Positions 37,059 to 48,991 of a stretch of 64,000 bases of DNA are shown here, piece after piece (the first letter of the stretch is position 1; each line of letters starts with the position of its first letter). The notes under the pieces are model-generated. The model searched no databases. It was not told the origin of the DNA and saw only the letters and a list, made by a program, of their open reading frames with translations. The DNA lies in assembly GCA_050084515.1 (NCBI GenBank), contig CM114271.1:620001-684000 (forward strand). Direction: 5' to 3'. The DNA is from Blasia pusilla. Its lineage: Eukaryota. Position numbers and translations under genes: made by a program.

Positions 37059-39445
37059 ATGTCCAGAGATGCGCTGCTTCTCCTCTTCTTCGTGGGACTC
37101 TCCGTGTGCCAGGTAGCCACGGTGGCCGGCAAACCGTATCCGCCTCCGCCCATGTTCCCCAAGGCCGGTACGTCGCTGACCCATTGCGCTCTCTCCTCCT
37201 TGGGTTACAGTGATTTTTCCGCTCTCTGAACTTGGTCCAGTCGCAACACCGTGAGAGAGAGAGGCAGATGCATGGATCACGGCTTCAATCGTTGACGGAG
37301 GCGAATTTCAAACTTGGTTTAGTGACTCACGAAACCATTTTCGGACCGATAATGTTTATTAACTTCGTTGAAGAGCTTGATTTTGTTAGTGCATAGCCCG
37401 TGAGAAGGATTAATGATGCCCTAAACATTTTATCATGCCCTCCCATAATGATATAGATGGGCACTCTGATAACGTAATTCCATTGAGAAGGAGGCCTGGT
37501 TAACCCTAGTAGGGAATATTAAAAAAAAAAATTTAAAATAAAATTTATTACCTTCCCGTCCCCTCCTCTCTACCCTTTCCGCCGTCTCCCTTTCTCATGA
37601 GTCCCATCTCATCACCTAAACTCTCTCCTCCCTTAAATAAAAGCGTCAAACCCTCGGGGACAGGTATATCCATGTATCGATCGATGTATATGTGTATGCA
37701 TACAGATAGAAACATATTAATACGATATCCATTGCCATATATATATGCATAGCATGTACGTTATACATCGCCATATATGTAGAGCATGTACGGGATCGAT
37801 TGCCATGTATGGATGGATGTGTGTTATATTATGTAAGGGATGGGTGGCAAAACTGATAGGGGATTGAAGGTTGTTGGCCGCGGCTTCTGCCACCTGTCGC
37901 AGGGTCGGTGAAGAACGCATGGCCGGAACTGCAGTTCCAAACCCTGGGCGCGGTGAAGACGAAGTTGCGGGCAGCGGGCGTGTCGGCCCTGTACGTCCTG
38001 GCCCCCGGAGCGGATCCCAATCCCAACGGCGTAGCCGTTGCCAATGGTACACTGCAGGATGTGTGGGTGTACGCGACTGGGCTGTCGGATTCCGACACGG
38101 TCTACGAAACTCCCAAGCGCGGCTTGTGGCATCACAATCGTACGTATACACTCGCCGATCTCCGCCCCATTTCACATTTTTGAGTTCTCGACTCTCTGAA
38201 TCCTCCCATCTTGCAGATCAGAAGTGACTACCAGTCTGTACATAATTTGCAAACGCGGAGCTTCTTGGCAGTAGGGATCTCCACAGCTGCACCGCTCGTC
38301 GTTTTGACCTCCACAAGTCGTAAGCAAATAGCAGACGAATAGCAGATTGAATGAGTGATATATGGGTATACATATGTTTTTAGTCCTAGAGAAGTGTACA
38401 CACATCTTCCACGATCTCAACCGCACCTTCACATTCATTCAAGTTTCAAGTTTCTCTTTGGGTTCTACGAAAGGCATTTGTTCTTTCAGTTCAGGTTCGG
38501 AAATTTTCTTCCAATGCCTAATTGGGGAGTACAATCAGGCTGCGTGAACACGGAAGCGTTATCGTCTACATGAATTCAGCTGGTACAACACCGATTGGCT
38601 AAGCCAAACATGAGGTCTCATCGTGAGGCGGTCCGGAGAGTACTAAAGGGATCACTCGGATTGTCCTCATGGAACTCATGAACTTGAATCATGAGCGCAC
38701 GAGATCTCAAATTAAGCACTCCATTCAAAAGCCCTAGCCTCGAAACTCCAAACTCCCACACTCAACAACAGTTCAGCCGCGTCTGCGTCGTCGGAGTTCC
38801 ATCATTAGGGGATCGTCTTGATGTTAAAGTGGCACAGATGTTTTCAAGGAGCCAGAGAGCGAGGGGAGCGACTCGATCTTCCGGTGACAGTCCATGGAAC
38901 ATTTACTGACGCTGGCTTTGCAAACTTCGGGGGATCATGAACTTCTCGAACACACGCCAAATGTTGTAACACTGTAAACTCGGGGATCATTTCTTGAACC
39001 CGTACCAAATGCTGTGGCTATGCACACTTTGGGGGATCATTGAAATTTGCGACACACAGCAAATTTCATGGCGTTGCAAACTTTGGGTGATGATTTCCTG
39101 AACACATACCAAACGTTAAGAATTCCAAGGCCTTGCGTCACTGCAGAGCAGTCCCTGAAGGATTGGGCTCCAGCTGCAGGTCTATGGCCACACAGCAAAG
39201 AAGCAACTGATTCACAGCCGCCATGGTGCGTTGATCTGGTGCGTGCAGGTTTGTCTCCGGGTTGGCCCGAGCTCGTCGGAGTGAGCTATCTGGACGCCAT
39301 CGCCCAGATAACAAACGATTACTTGGGAGTCACGGTAATTTATGGACCTGAAGGTCAACCACGCCTTTCCGATCTCCGTCTCGATCGCGTGTACCTGGAC
39401 ATCACCCCCTCCGGCAATGTCGCCAGCGCTCCCTTCGTCGGCTGA
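37059..39445 (+). CDS. Secreted protein with potato inhibitor I (I13 serine protease inhibitor) domain(s)
   Basis: Exon 37059-37167 is a signal peptide (MSRDALLLLFFVGLSVCQVATVAG). Exon 37903-38139 encodes KNAWPEL...VWVY...VYETPKRG. Exon 39147-39445 encodes WPELVG...SDLRLDRVYL...VASAPFVG. All phase-1 junctions join in frame (214 aa); an alternative acceptor lies at 38216. Confidence 0.75.
38920..39115. repeat. About four degenerate ~50-bp tandem units (aactt.gggga.cat...gaacaca.accaaatg)
   Basis: Seen directly, upstream of the last inhibitor exon. Confidence 0.7.
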
Positions 39446-39979
39446 TGTCAAAAGTGGCTCTGCCGTCGACGGTCTCCGCGGTGCAAGTGCTCACGGGTAC
39501 GTCAGTTGACGAGCAGTTCAATAACTTCAGTCACAGAGTGGCAGCCCAATTCACTGCAGATCTTTAACTCGTTATTGAGCTTTACTTCTAAAGATGCTTC
39601 TTCAGAACTAGTTTGTGTGCCATAGAATTTCATCCGCCCCAGTGGGATCCGTCGCCACGCTCCGCTTGAACTTTCCCGACTCAACTCTCAACTGCTAATG
39701 GTAAGAGCGCCTGATTGGGATGTGAAACTCGTAGGTTTGCAGGAGGAAACTGCTGCCGCGAATGGATCCATCTGCAGTTGATTCCACCCTATAATCTTGC
39801 GCAGGAAGGATCTACGTCTCACTCAAATAATATTACGTTGAGATAGATAGAGTTGGCCGGAACGTTTCAGATCCGGGTCGCGGACATCCTGTCACCTAGC
39901 GACAACGCTGAGCTCTTGATTGTCTGCGGCTGCTGATTGTTTTTGCCCTTGTTTTACAGATTTTTTAACAAGTTCCATA

Positions 39980-40560
39980 TCTTCAGCTGCGACTTTTCAG
40001 ATCGCTTGTCGGGTGGTCTCGAGCTGGAGCAAAATAAACTCAACTTTCAGATCGTGTCTGGACATGTCCGCGGCTGGAGCAAAATGAACTTGCCGGATTG
40101 TGTCTTTCGGAGCAGTCTTGAGCCAGAGCAAAATAAATTATCAGCTTGTGTCCTTTAAGAACAGTCTTGAGCTAGAGCACAACTACCTTGTCAGCTTGTG
40201 TCTTTCAGATCAGTCTTGAGCTAGAGCACAACAAAGTTGTCAGCTTGTGTCTTTCAGATCAGTCTAGAGCTAGAGCACAACGAACTTATCAGCTTGCGTC
40301 TTTCAGAGCAGTCTTCAGCAAGATTAAAATAAACTCTGACCTTGTGTCTTTCAGAGCCAAATAAACTTATCAGATTGTATGAGCTACCCTCAGCTGGAGA
40401 AAATAAATAAAAAAAGAATTCGACTTGTGACTCTAGCACTCTTGAGCTGGAAGAAATCAAACATTTCAGATTGTATCTGGAGCTGTCCTCAGCTTGAGCA
40501 AAATAAACTTTTCACATTGTGACTTGAGCAGTTTTCAACTGGAGCATTCTCGAGCTGAAT
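39980..40560. repeat. Minisatellite with ~49-bp unit (cagcttgtgtctttcagatcagtcttgagctagagcacaac...), about 10-12 degenerate units
   Basis: Central units near-identical, outer units diverged, no unique spacers. Confidence 0.85.
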
Positions 40561-42078
40561 CAGATCGTGGCTTCAGCAATCCCAAGCTGGATCAATCAAG
40601 AATCTCGCAAAATTCATGACCATCATTCAAGGGAGATAGATCCCACTCCTCGACTCTCGAAAGCCAGGATTCGGAACCATCCCTATTCTCCACTTCCAAG
40701 GCTTCCTCCAAAAGGAACACTTAATAATAGCGTTTTGAAATTCTCTATGTAAGTCAAGGATACCTCCCCCCCAAACCCTTCACCGTCCGATCAGAATCCA
40801 ACAGAATAACGCATGCAACGCATCCCAAGCGCAGCCCTGCGTACTGAGATTCGCTACCACCTAACACCATACGTATATACTATTCATTCGAATATGACTT
40901 CTCAGCACGCGCCTTAGTTCACTTAATTCGACGACGAAGGTAATTAATTATGATTACTTATGAGCAAAAGTTGTGAGTTTAATTAATTTAATTATTATGG
41001 AACCTCTCGATCTCTATTTTCCACGTGGCAAATGGGGAAATTAAAAAAGTTTGAATATGTGTGTACACTTCTTATACACTGATAAAAACTCTTCAAACTA
41101 TTGCGCGAACATTATATTAATATTATTGGATGGGTTTGAAGAAACTCTTGAGAAAAAGGAAATTGAATTACGGAGAGCCAATAAAAAAAGTATTACCAGT
41201 GCATAACTAGTACTATCTTAAAAGCAAAAGCTCTGCCATAGCCTCCCAATGAATTTTTAAATTTTCTTTCATTTTTCTTAAATGAAATAAAATTTTCAAT
41301 AGAAAAATCTGTAAGTAATAAAAACTTTCTAAGAAATAATAAAAAAATTTAAAAGAAATTTTCTAAGATATCATGAATCATTTTTATTTTATTTTTAAAT
41401 TTTTAAAAAAGTAAAAATTAAAAATTAAAAAGTAAATTTTGGAAATGAAATAACATATTATTTTTTTAAATTGAGAAAAGAATAACTTGAAATTTTCTTA
41501 TTCTTAATAATGATGAAAATAATCTTTAAGCTTTCATCGTGAAGGATTTCAAAAGAATATTTTGAAAAAAATATGGGATCAAAATGAACGAAATTATTTA
41601 TTTATTTATTTGAGAGATAGGGATTGAAAAAAATTCTTGATAATTTATTTTTAAATTAAAATTAAACTTAATTAGAAAAAATAAAATGATATATTTCATG
41701 ATTATTCATAATTTTAAACACAAATTTATCTTTACTATTTACTCATCAACTCTATGATTTCAAATTTTTCACGTGTCTATAATATAACACTCCATGATAT
41801 ATATTCCCCATTTGTGAAGTATTTTCATTTTTATTTGTCCAATTGAGTTCATCGGATAGGCAAAAAGTTATCAGTAGCCATTACCCCCAATCCACCTTAT
41901 GAAATTGAATGAGATCATTTGAAAAAAAAACCAGTGGAGCAGCTCCTCACAGATGTGAATTATTAAATACTTGTGACGCGTGGTGCATGAGTTCAATTCT
42001 TATAAGAGTTTAAATACCTTCTAAAATTGTTATAAATTTTTTTGAATGATTCTATTAATTTAGGGATGGAGCTATTTT

Positions 42079-42777
42079 CAAGATTGCACGGAAATTGACA
42101 AGTCCGTACATGGGATGGACATGTCCATGCAGATGCCGAGCCCGCACCTGAGTCCACACGAAGCCCGCCGTGTAGACCCGGTGTGATGGATAAGGTTGCA
42201 TGTGGACAAAGTCCGTATCCGTGGACATGTCCATGTCCGTGGACTTATGTGCGTCCTATGGAAGGACTTGTCCGTATGGGCCCCATCTTTCCCTTCTTTC
42301 TCATTCCCCTTACTTGCCTTCGTGTTCCATACTCCTCCATTTCTTCCTCCCTCCACCTCCACCTCCACTCCCTCCTCCCTCATTGCTCCTCTCATCCTTG
42401 CCTTGCCTTCCATCATGGACTAAAAGTGTGGATCCCACCTCTTGGAACCCATGTCCGTGGACATGTCCAGGCTTGCCCGTCCTAAGGAAGGACTTGTCCA
42501 TTTTTGTGCAACAATGGTGATGGAGCCCTTACCCGTTGCATGGCCCACCATGACCTACAACAGGCCCGTAGGGTGGGCTCAGTCCCTCGCAAGGCCCGCC
42601 CAATTGGGGCCAAGTCTGCCCTGTAGGCCTCGTTGGGAGCCTATCGCGGACTCTGTCAGCCTGGGTCTATGCGGCGGGTTCAAGTGCGGGCCGCAGGTAC
42701 CCGGGCCCGTACGAACATGTCCGTCCATGGAACAGACGTAAATCCGCAGACACAGACTTTGCATGTGTGCAACCTTA
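42079..42777. mobile_element. hAT-type MITE containing a nested MITE of the same TIR family (42191-42516)
   Basis: Outer TSD GCTATTTT / GCCATTTT; inner TSD GTGATGGA is perfect. Confidence 0.88.
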
Positions 42778-44616
42778 GCCATTTTATTAGTTGAGACTTG
42801 GAGAGGATCATATGTCAAGAGGAGAGGTGTTTGAAAATAAGAAGGCTCCCTCCAATAATTATATAGATGGAAATGAAAATACCATCAATTTCTTAAAAAT
42901 TATATTTATAAAGTCTAAAAATAGATTTCTAAACAAGTAATTTTGGAAACGTGCATCTTAAAATCTAAAATTGGGTTTGGCTCAACGGGTTTAATCTTGG
43001 GTGGAGAAACGGCATAATTATGTTAGACCATCTCCTAACATGTAGATAAATGTGGGCTTTCAGGTAATATTGATTTGTGTACTCAGTTGTAAATAAAACT
43101 TAAATGGATCCATTTGGATGCAAAAACTTAAACAAGAAGTGATAGTGGTGAATTTTAGGTCATTTTTCAAGAGCTAGGAGGCCAAACTTGAATCCATACT
43201 CTCCTTTTTTTGTGTGATGCAAATTTATAATTAGCGTGAGTGGTAGTGAGTGCTTCTAATGGACCAATACGCACAAAATTGCAATTAATTATGGCCCTTA
43301 CAAGCACTCGATGTTATGTTTTCTCTTTCACTTGAGGCACAACGGACTTTGATCCCAATTGAAGGTGCAATATTCTAAATCATGTGTGAATGGAAGCGCT
43401 TTGGAATTCCATGTGATGAGTGAAACTTCACAGTAGAAATCCAAATTTCTCAAAAATCTAATGAATGTGAATAGAGATTTTAAATTTTAAGAAAAATTGT
43501 AATTGTTGTACTTTTTGGGGAAAATTTCCCAATTCTAATATTGTAGCATTTCATAAAATTTTGTAATTTTTATGGAAGTTAGTAATCATTTTTAAGCTAG
43601 CTAAACTTGATACAATTGAGCACTTGCAAAACATTTTAGAATAGTCCATAATAAATTAAAAGATCTTCTTCTTCATTTTTAGGAATTTATTGTAAAGATA
43701 ATGAATCACTAAAAATCAAAAATTGAGGAAGAGAAGGATCCAAGGACTTTTTATCACCAAATCGATCATAAAGCTCATTTTGGAATTGTTTGCTATCCAC
43801 AAAAATTGCATATATATTCCAACATCACTTGTCAACATGTTATCTTTTTCATATACACACACCAATTCCAATATTTTATATACCCACTTTTCAACTATTA
43901 AGCCAAACTCAAACAGATTTTTGAGACCACAAACAATACAATTTAAACGTATACCAAAACACAACGTTTCATGGATACTTGTGAGTTCAAAAATTTTTGG
44001 AGACACCAAAGTTAATGTGTGTCGTTAATATACTTAGAATGTAACTCCTAATAACAAGTTATATGAAATATACCATATACCGTACTAATTTACATGTTCC
44101 ACGGGGAGGAGAAAAGTTTCAAGCTCCTTCTCTTGGGATTCGCAAGCATATGGGTTTGGCAAAATTGTGGGAGCCCAAATATAGAAGTAAAGGAATTGAT
44201 CCAACATAGATCATTTGTTGGTTATGGAACTTATCACATCATAGTTAGTCGATAGTTAGAGTTCTATCATGTTCACATCGCTCGCAACAATGTAGGGTGT
44301 TAGTAGGATATTTGAATACAAATATCCTACTATAAATATCCTAGAAATAGCTACAAATTTGAATTGATTGGTCAAGTAAAGTTAGTCATAGCTTCGTTAC
44401 ATCCAAGGTTTGGCAAAAAACCTTAGGCAAAATTTGTAATTTTCTAGAAAAAAAATTTAGCCGCAGACTAGAGTCAATAGAAACCAAAGGTACCTTGGCT
44501 ATATTCTAGGCACCAAATTTGTGCCAAAAATGGCACCATAGGTTTGCTAATTGGGCATCAAAGGTACGGCGGTGCCCTAGGAATGGCCCGTTGGGTGTCA
44601 AAGGTACACTAGAAAT

Positions 44617-45162
44617 GAAGGTTGCATGAAAAAAAACTTGTCCGTCCATGGGACAAACATGCCTAGACAAGCTCAGACATTCTCTGCATGGGTTCTTTTC
44701 ATACCTCCGTTGCCCATGCAGACTCAAGATGTGGGAATAGGTACGGGTTTGGATTAAGGGAATTGGGCACGGATCGAATGAGTGTGCACGCTGTGAGCGC
44801 GCGCACTTGGCCGGTAGGGCCCCACACAAGAAGGCCCAAGGCCCGCCTTGCACGGGTCATCTGCCAACTTCATTGCTCACATGGCCAACTTCACTCTTGA
44901 ATTTACGCGTACGTAATATCAAGCTATTGAAGATCGTAGCTGCAATGAGCCTTACGTGGGCTTGCCGTGGGCCTTGCACAAGCTTAGGACAAGCCAGGGA
45001 AGGGCTCATAGCCCACATAACCAATCGATCCCTAATCGCCTCCCCTAATCTGAGCCTATACCCATGCCCACGGGGGCTACTAGGGTACCAAAGAACCCCG
45101 ATGGGAGACTTGTGGGACATCTCCGTCCCATGGACGGATAAGACTATTTCCATGCAACCATG
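44617..45162. mobile_element. hAT-type MITE, same TIR family
   Basis: AAGGTTGCATG...CATGCAACCATG with subterminal GTCCGTCCATGGGAC; no TSD recognised. Confidence 0.7.
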
Positions 45163-45463
45163 ACGCCATGGTGGAGAGATTATTTTGGATTTAAATGTTC
45201 TTATTTGATTGGTATATGGTTATAATGAAATCATTCGAGAAATCTACTATCAAACTTGGTGCTTGAATTCGAGTTCTTCACATACAAACTTCTTATCTTG
45301 ATTCTGCCCTACCTTGTGATTCTTGTTGCAGCCAACTAGATTAAAATCATGTTCAAAATCCTTTGGAAGAGGATGATTATCATCCTTAGATCACCATCTT
45401 GTAAGTAATTATTAAACTCAATTTCCCTTCACCCTCATTTATTGGCAACATTGGTTTCAAGTA

Positions 45464-46548
45464 TATAGTGCGCGTACACATCACTAGTCATATCTACATA
45501 ACACACAACACTCATCTTTCCAACACACAGGTAGATCCACATATAAATGAAATACATTCATGCATGTGCACCAAGACCACACAATAAAATTGAAGTGAAA
45601 ATGGCTCACATGGCCAACTTCACTCTTGAATTTACACGTGATATCAAACCATATATATCCACCCTCCGCTGTGAGGGAATCCGACTCTAGCATCCTAGTT
45701 CCTACCAAACACTAAGCAAGAGAGGTATTCCAATGGCTCAACATGAGAAAGATGGATTGCGGAAGCCCTCTCTTCCTCTCTTATACCCTTGGGAAGAGGC
45801 AAAAGATCTTCCCCCAAAAATAGCCCTCCAAATTGTAACTTGAGTGCACAAGTTATCGGGTGACCCTTGACTCAATCAATGGGTCACTTTGTTAAAAATT
45901 GTTAAGAGGGAAATTTTCATAAAAAATGATCCCCATGCAATGGACTTGTTGCCAATCTCATCCAACACGTCAGGACAAAGTTACGCCCAAAAATCCTACT
46001 CACCCTCTATTTTGTCAATAAAGTAGAACTCTATCCGCTACATAAGATGCAAGGTTGCACACGGACAAAGTCTGTGTCCACGAAAATGTCCATGTCTGTT
46101 GACTTATGTTCGTCCTAGGGATGGACATGTCCTCGAGGGCTCAAGTACTCGCGGCCCGCACTCTAGCCCACCGTGAGCCCCCCGCGTAGACCTAGGCTCA
46201 TCAAGCGTGCACCCGTATTGTGGCCCGCGTGCAACATGAATTAGGCTATTAGCATGTGGTAGGCTTGCATGGCGGGTTGGGTCCTAATTGGAAGGGCTCA
46301 AGCCTGTATAGGGCCTTAAAACCCTAAACCCTAAGCCCGCCCAACGGAAGCCCTACCTACCCCGTGGGGTCTTGTTGCGGGCTCGTATAGGTTGCACGTG
46401 GGCCACAAATGGGTGTTGGCTCAGCCAACCTGGGTCTACACGACGGGCTTAGCAACAAGCTCAAATACGGGCCGTGGATATCCGATCGGCATGTCCGTCC
46501 CATAGACAATTTTTTTCCGTTTTCGTGCAACCTTGCTAAAATAGGACA
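45464..46548 (-). mobile_element. Short non-coding derivative of the DNMT retroelement family (~590 bp plus a nested MITE at 46050-46535)
   Basis: Left end TATAGTGCGC matches TGTCGTGCGC; right end AAGATG[MITE]GGACA matches AAGATGTGACA; perfect 4-bp TSD AGTA. Confidence 0.75.
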
Positions 46549-47820
46549 AGTACTTCTTCTTCAAGTAGGTTTATTTGTCAAACAAGCCACTCCTCTTCTA
46601 AATATTTTGTTCTGTACTTCTCATGAGGTACAATGATGCTTTTGTATAAATTATTGTTGGCGTCTCAATATAACTAAGATATGAAAATTGTTATGGGCAT
46701 ATACATCGCTAGTCACGTCTACGCAACTTGCAACATTGATCTTCCCAACACGTAGATAAATCCACACATAAATGAAATATACTCATACATATATACCAAG
46801 ATTACGTTATTCCCCCCCCCCCCCCTAATTGGCAGTTGGGTCCTCCTAATGCCTCATACTAGCCATCACATCTACCTGGCATGATCTACTATCCTATACA
46901 CATCTAGCATCATCAATGCTCTCATACCCGCAATATCTTCCAATACATGCTTGCCCTGGATTCCATTTCATCTATCTCTACCTCGAGATATATTTCATCT
47001 TGCAACATTGCAACTAACCTCCGTGTTGATCCTTACGAAGAGATCTAACACTCTCACATCTTCCTTTGGATGTTGCCTCACAATAGGTGTGGTATCCAAG
47101 AATATGAAGTCTCCACTCCAAGAGCATGACCATCACCTCATCTATTACAAGAAAAAAAGCATGACTCCATGTCTACCTCATTGGCCCTCATGAGCTCGTC
47201 TACACTTCTCTACAAGTCAACGCTTGTAACCACTGATGATGACGAGGTCTCATTACCATCGGAAGAGAAACCCATCTTGGCATGTCTCTCCACAGGACTA
47301 TCCTCTATTGGGACGTCCTCTCCATGAGTGCTCCTCTCCAACAACTCCCTCACCAACTACTCAGTCCCCATGAATACTCCCAATTTGGTTATGGTATCAC
47401 CTCGTAGACCACCACTACATCCTCCAAATCGCAAAAGTACGTAAATGGTCATCCATCTATCACCTGGTCGCCATCCTAGCCGATAAGCAACCATTCCATT
47501 CCAAAATTGAGGATTAAACCAACGGGGTATAATACTGTAATCCCTACCAACGTATCATACAACTTTGTTGGTATTGTTATTGTAGGAGAGCATACCATCA
47601 CACTATCTGATGCATGCTTCAAGTCTCACAACTAGCTCTTGCAAGTCATGTATTGTGTGGACAACCCATCCTCAATAAAGGTCTGTATCTAAAAGGGACA
47701 AGGCTCAATGTTGCCTTCCCATAATCCCAACCCCAAACACGTCATCTTCCCTACGAGCTTCCCTACTATAAGGGGTTTCATTCCCAAGTCAAGTCAGACG
47801 CCTTACGGATGATACACTCT

Positions 47821-48991
47821 TGTCGTGCGCAAACACATCGCTACACAGTCCATATTTTTGGTCATATCCACACTATACAACATTGATCTTCCCAATATAG
47901 AGATACATCCACTCATATACAAAAATGAACTCATGCATGTACATTAAGATCACACAAGGTACCCCGAAGTTGGCAATTAGGTCTCCCTAACTCCTTAGTA
48001 TATATCACACATATCTGACATGACCTACTATCCTATACACATCTAGGATATAACCATCATCCCATAGAGATTGCACCAAGAGGGAAGGTCAAATACGATA
48101 TATGCCATTCTCTAGAACAACTATCACACATCAACATGGTACATGGCTGCACCTATTGTAGGTCCACACAACATACATCTCAAGCCCATAGGCACCACTG
48201 CCAAGCTTGGATCCACTATCCCATCCATATTTGGAAGATGACAAGGCACATAGTTGCATGCATGATCCTTCCGAACCATACTATCTTGTCCTTCCAACAC
48301 GAGGACTCCGGTCAGTAACACCTTGCGAACACGCAAAAGCATGCACCCTACAATGACATATAGGGTCGTGGGTGTTGAAGATCTTTCTTCTCTAAAATTT
48401 GAGTACAAATAGCTCACATAGCGAAATCCAAATCTATATTGGCATATTGAGCCACATCCACCCTCCTCTATGAGGAAGTCCAGACACTAGCACACGCAAA
48501 AGCATGTGCCATATAATTACATCTAGGGTCGTGGGTGCTAAGGATCTTTCTTATGTAAAATCTCAATAAAAATGGCTCACATGGTGAGAGCTACTCTTGA
48601 ATATATATTGGCGTATTGAGCCACATCAACCCTCCTCTATGAGAGAGTTTGGATACTAGCACCCAAGTTCCTTCTACACACAAAGCAAGAGAGGTGCTCC
48701 TAAGGCTCAACGTAAGAAATATGGCTTGAGAAAGCCATATCTCCCTCCCTTATAGCCTTCAATGATAACGTGCATGCACAAGTTACCAGGTGACCCTTCA
48801 CTCAATCAACAAGTTACTTGTCTGAAAAAGACCAATATACAAAATTGCTCAAAAAAAACTTTTCCAACGCAATGGACCTGCCATCAACCTCATTTCAACA
48901 CTTGAGGATGAAGTTACACCCAAACAACCCGCTGATCCTCTATGTTGTCAATATGGTAGAACTCTATTTGTTGGCTTACTAAGATGTGACA
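47821..48991 (-). mobile_element. 1.17-kb internally deleted derivative retaining the polyprotein tail and PHD finger, nested in the protease of copy 2
   Basis: Termini TGTCGTGCGC and AAGATGTGACA. The host protease sequence is contiguous across it, with 4 extra nt that may be a decayed TSD. Confidence 0.75.
48033..48345 (-). pseudogene. Polyprotein C-terminus (probable integrase tail) with PHD finger
   Basis: LRVRKVLLTGVLVLEGQD...DHACNYVPCHLPNMDG..DP...CMLCG...(frameshift)TMLMCDSCSREWHISYLTFPLGAISMG*WLYPRCV-stop, a decayed C4HC3 pattern. Confidence 0.78.

Noticed and set aside
39980-40560. CRISPR-like periodic array
   Set aside because: Whole ~49-bp units repeat with no unique spacers, no cas genes are present, and the context is eukaryotic; it is a minisatellite.
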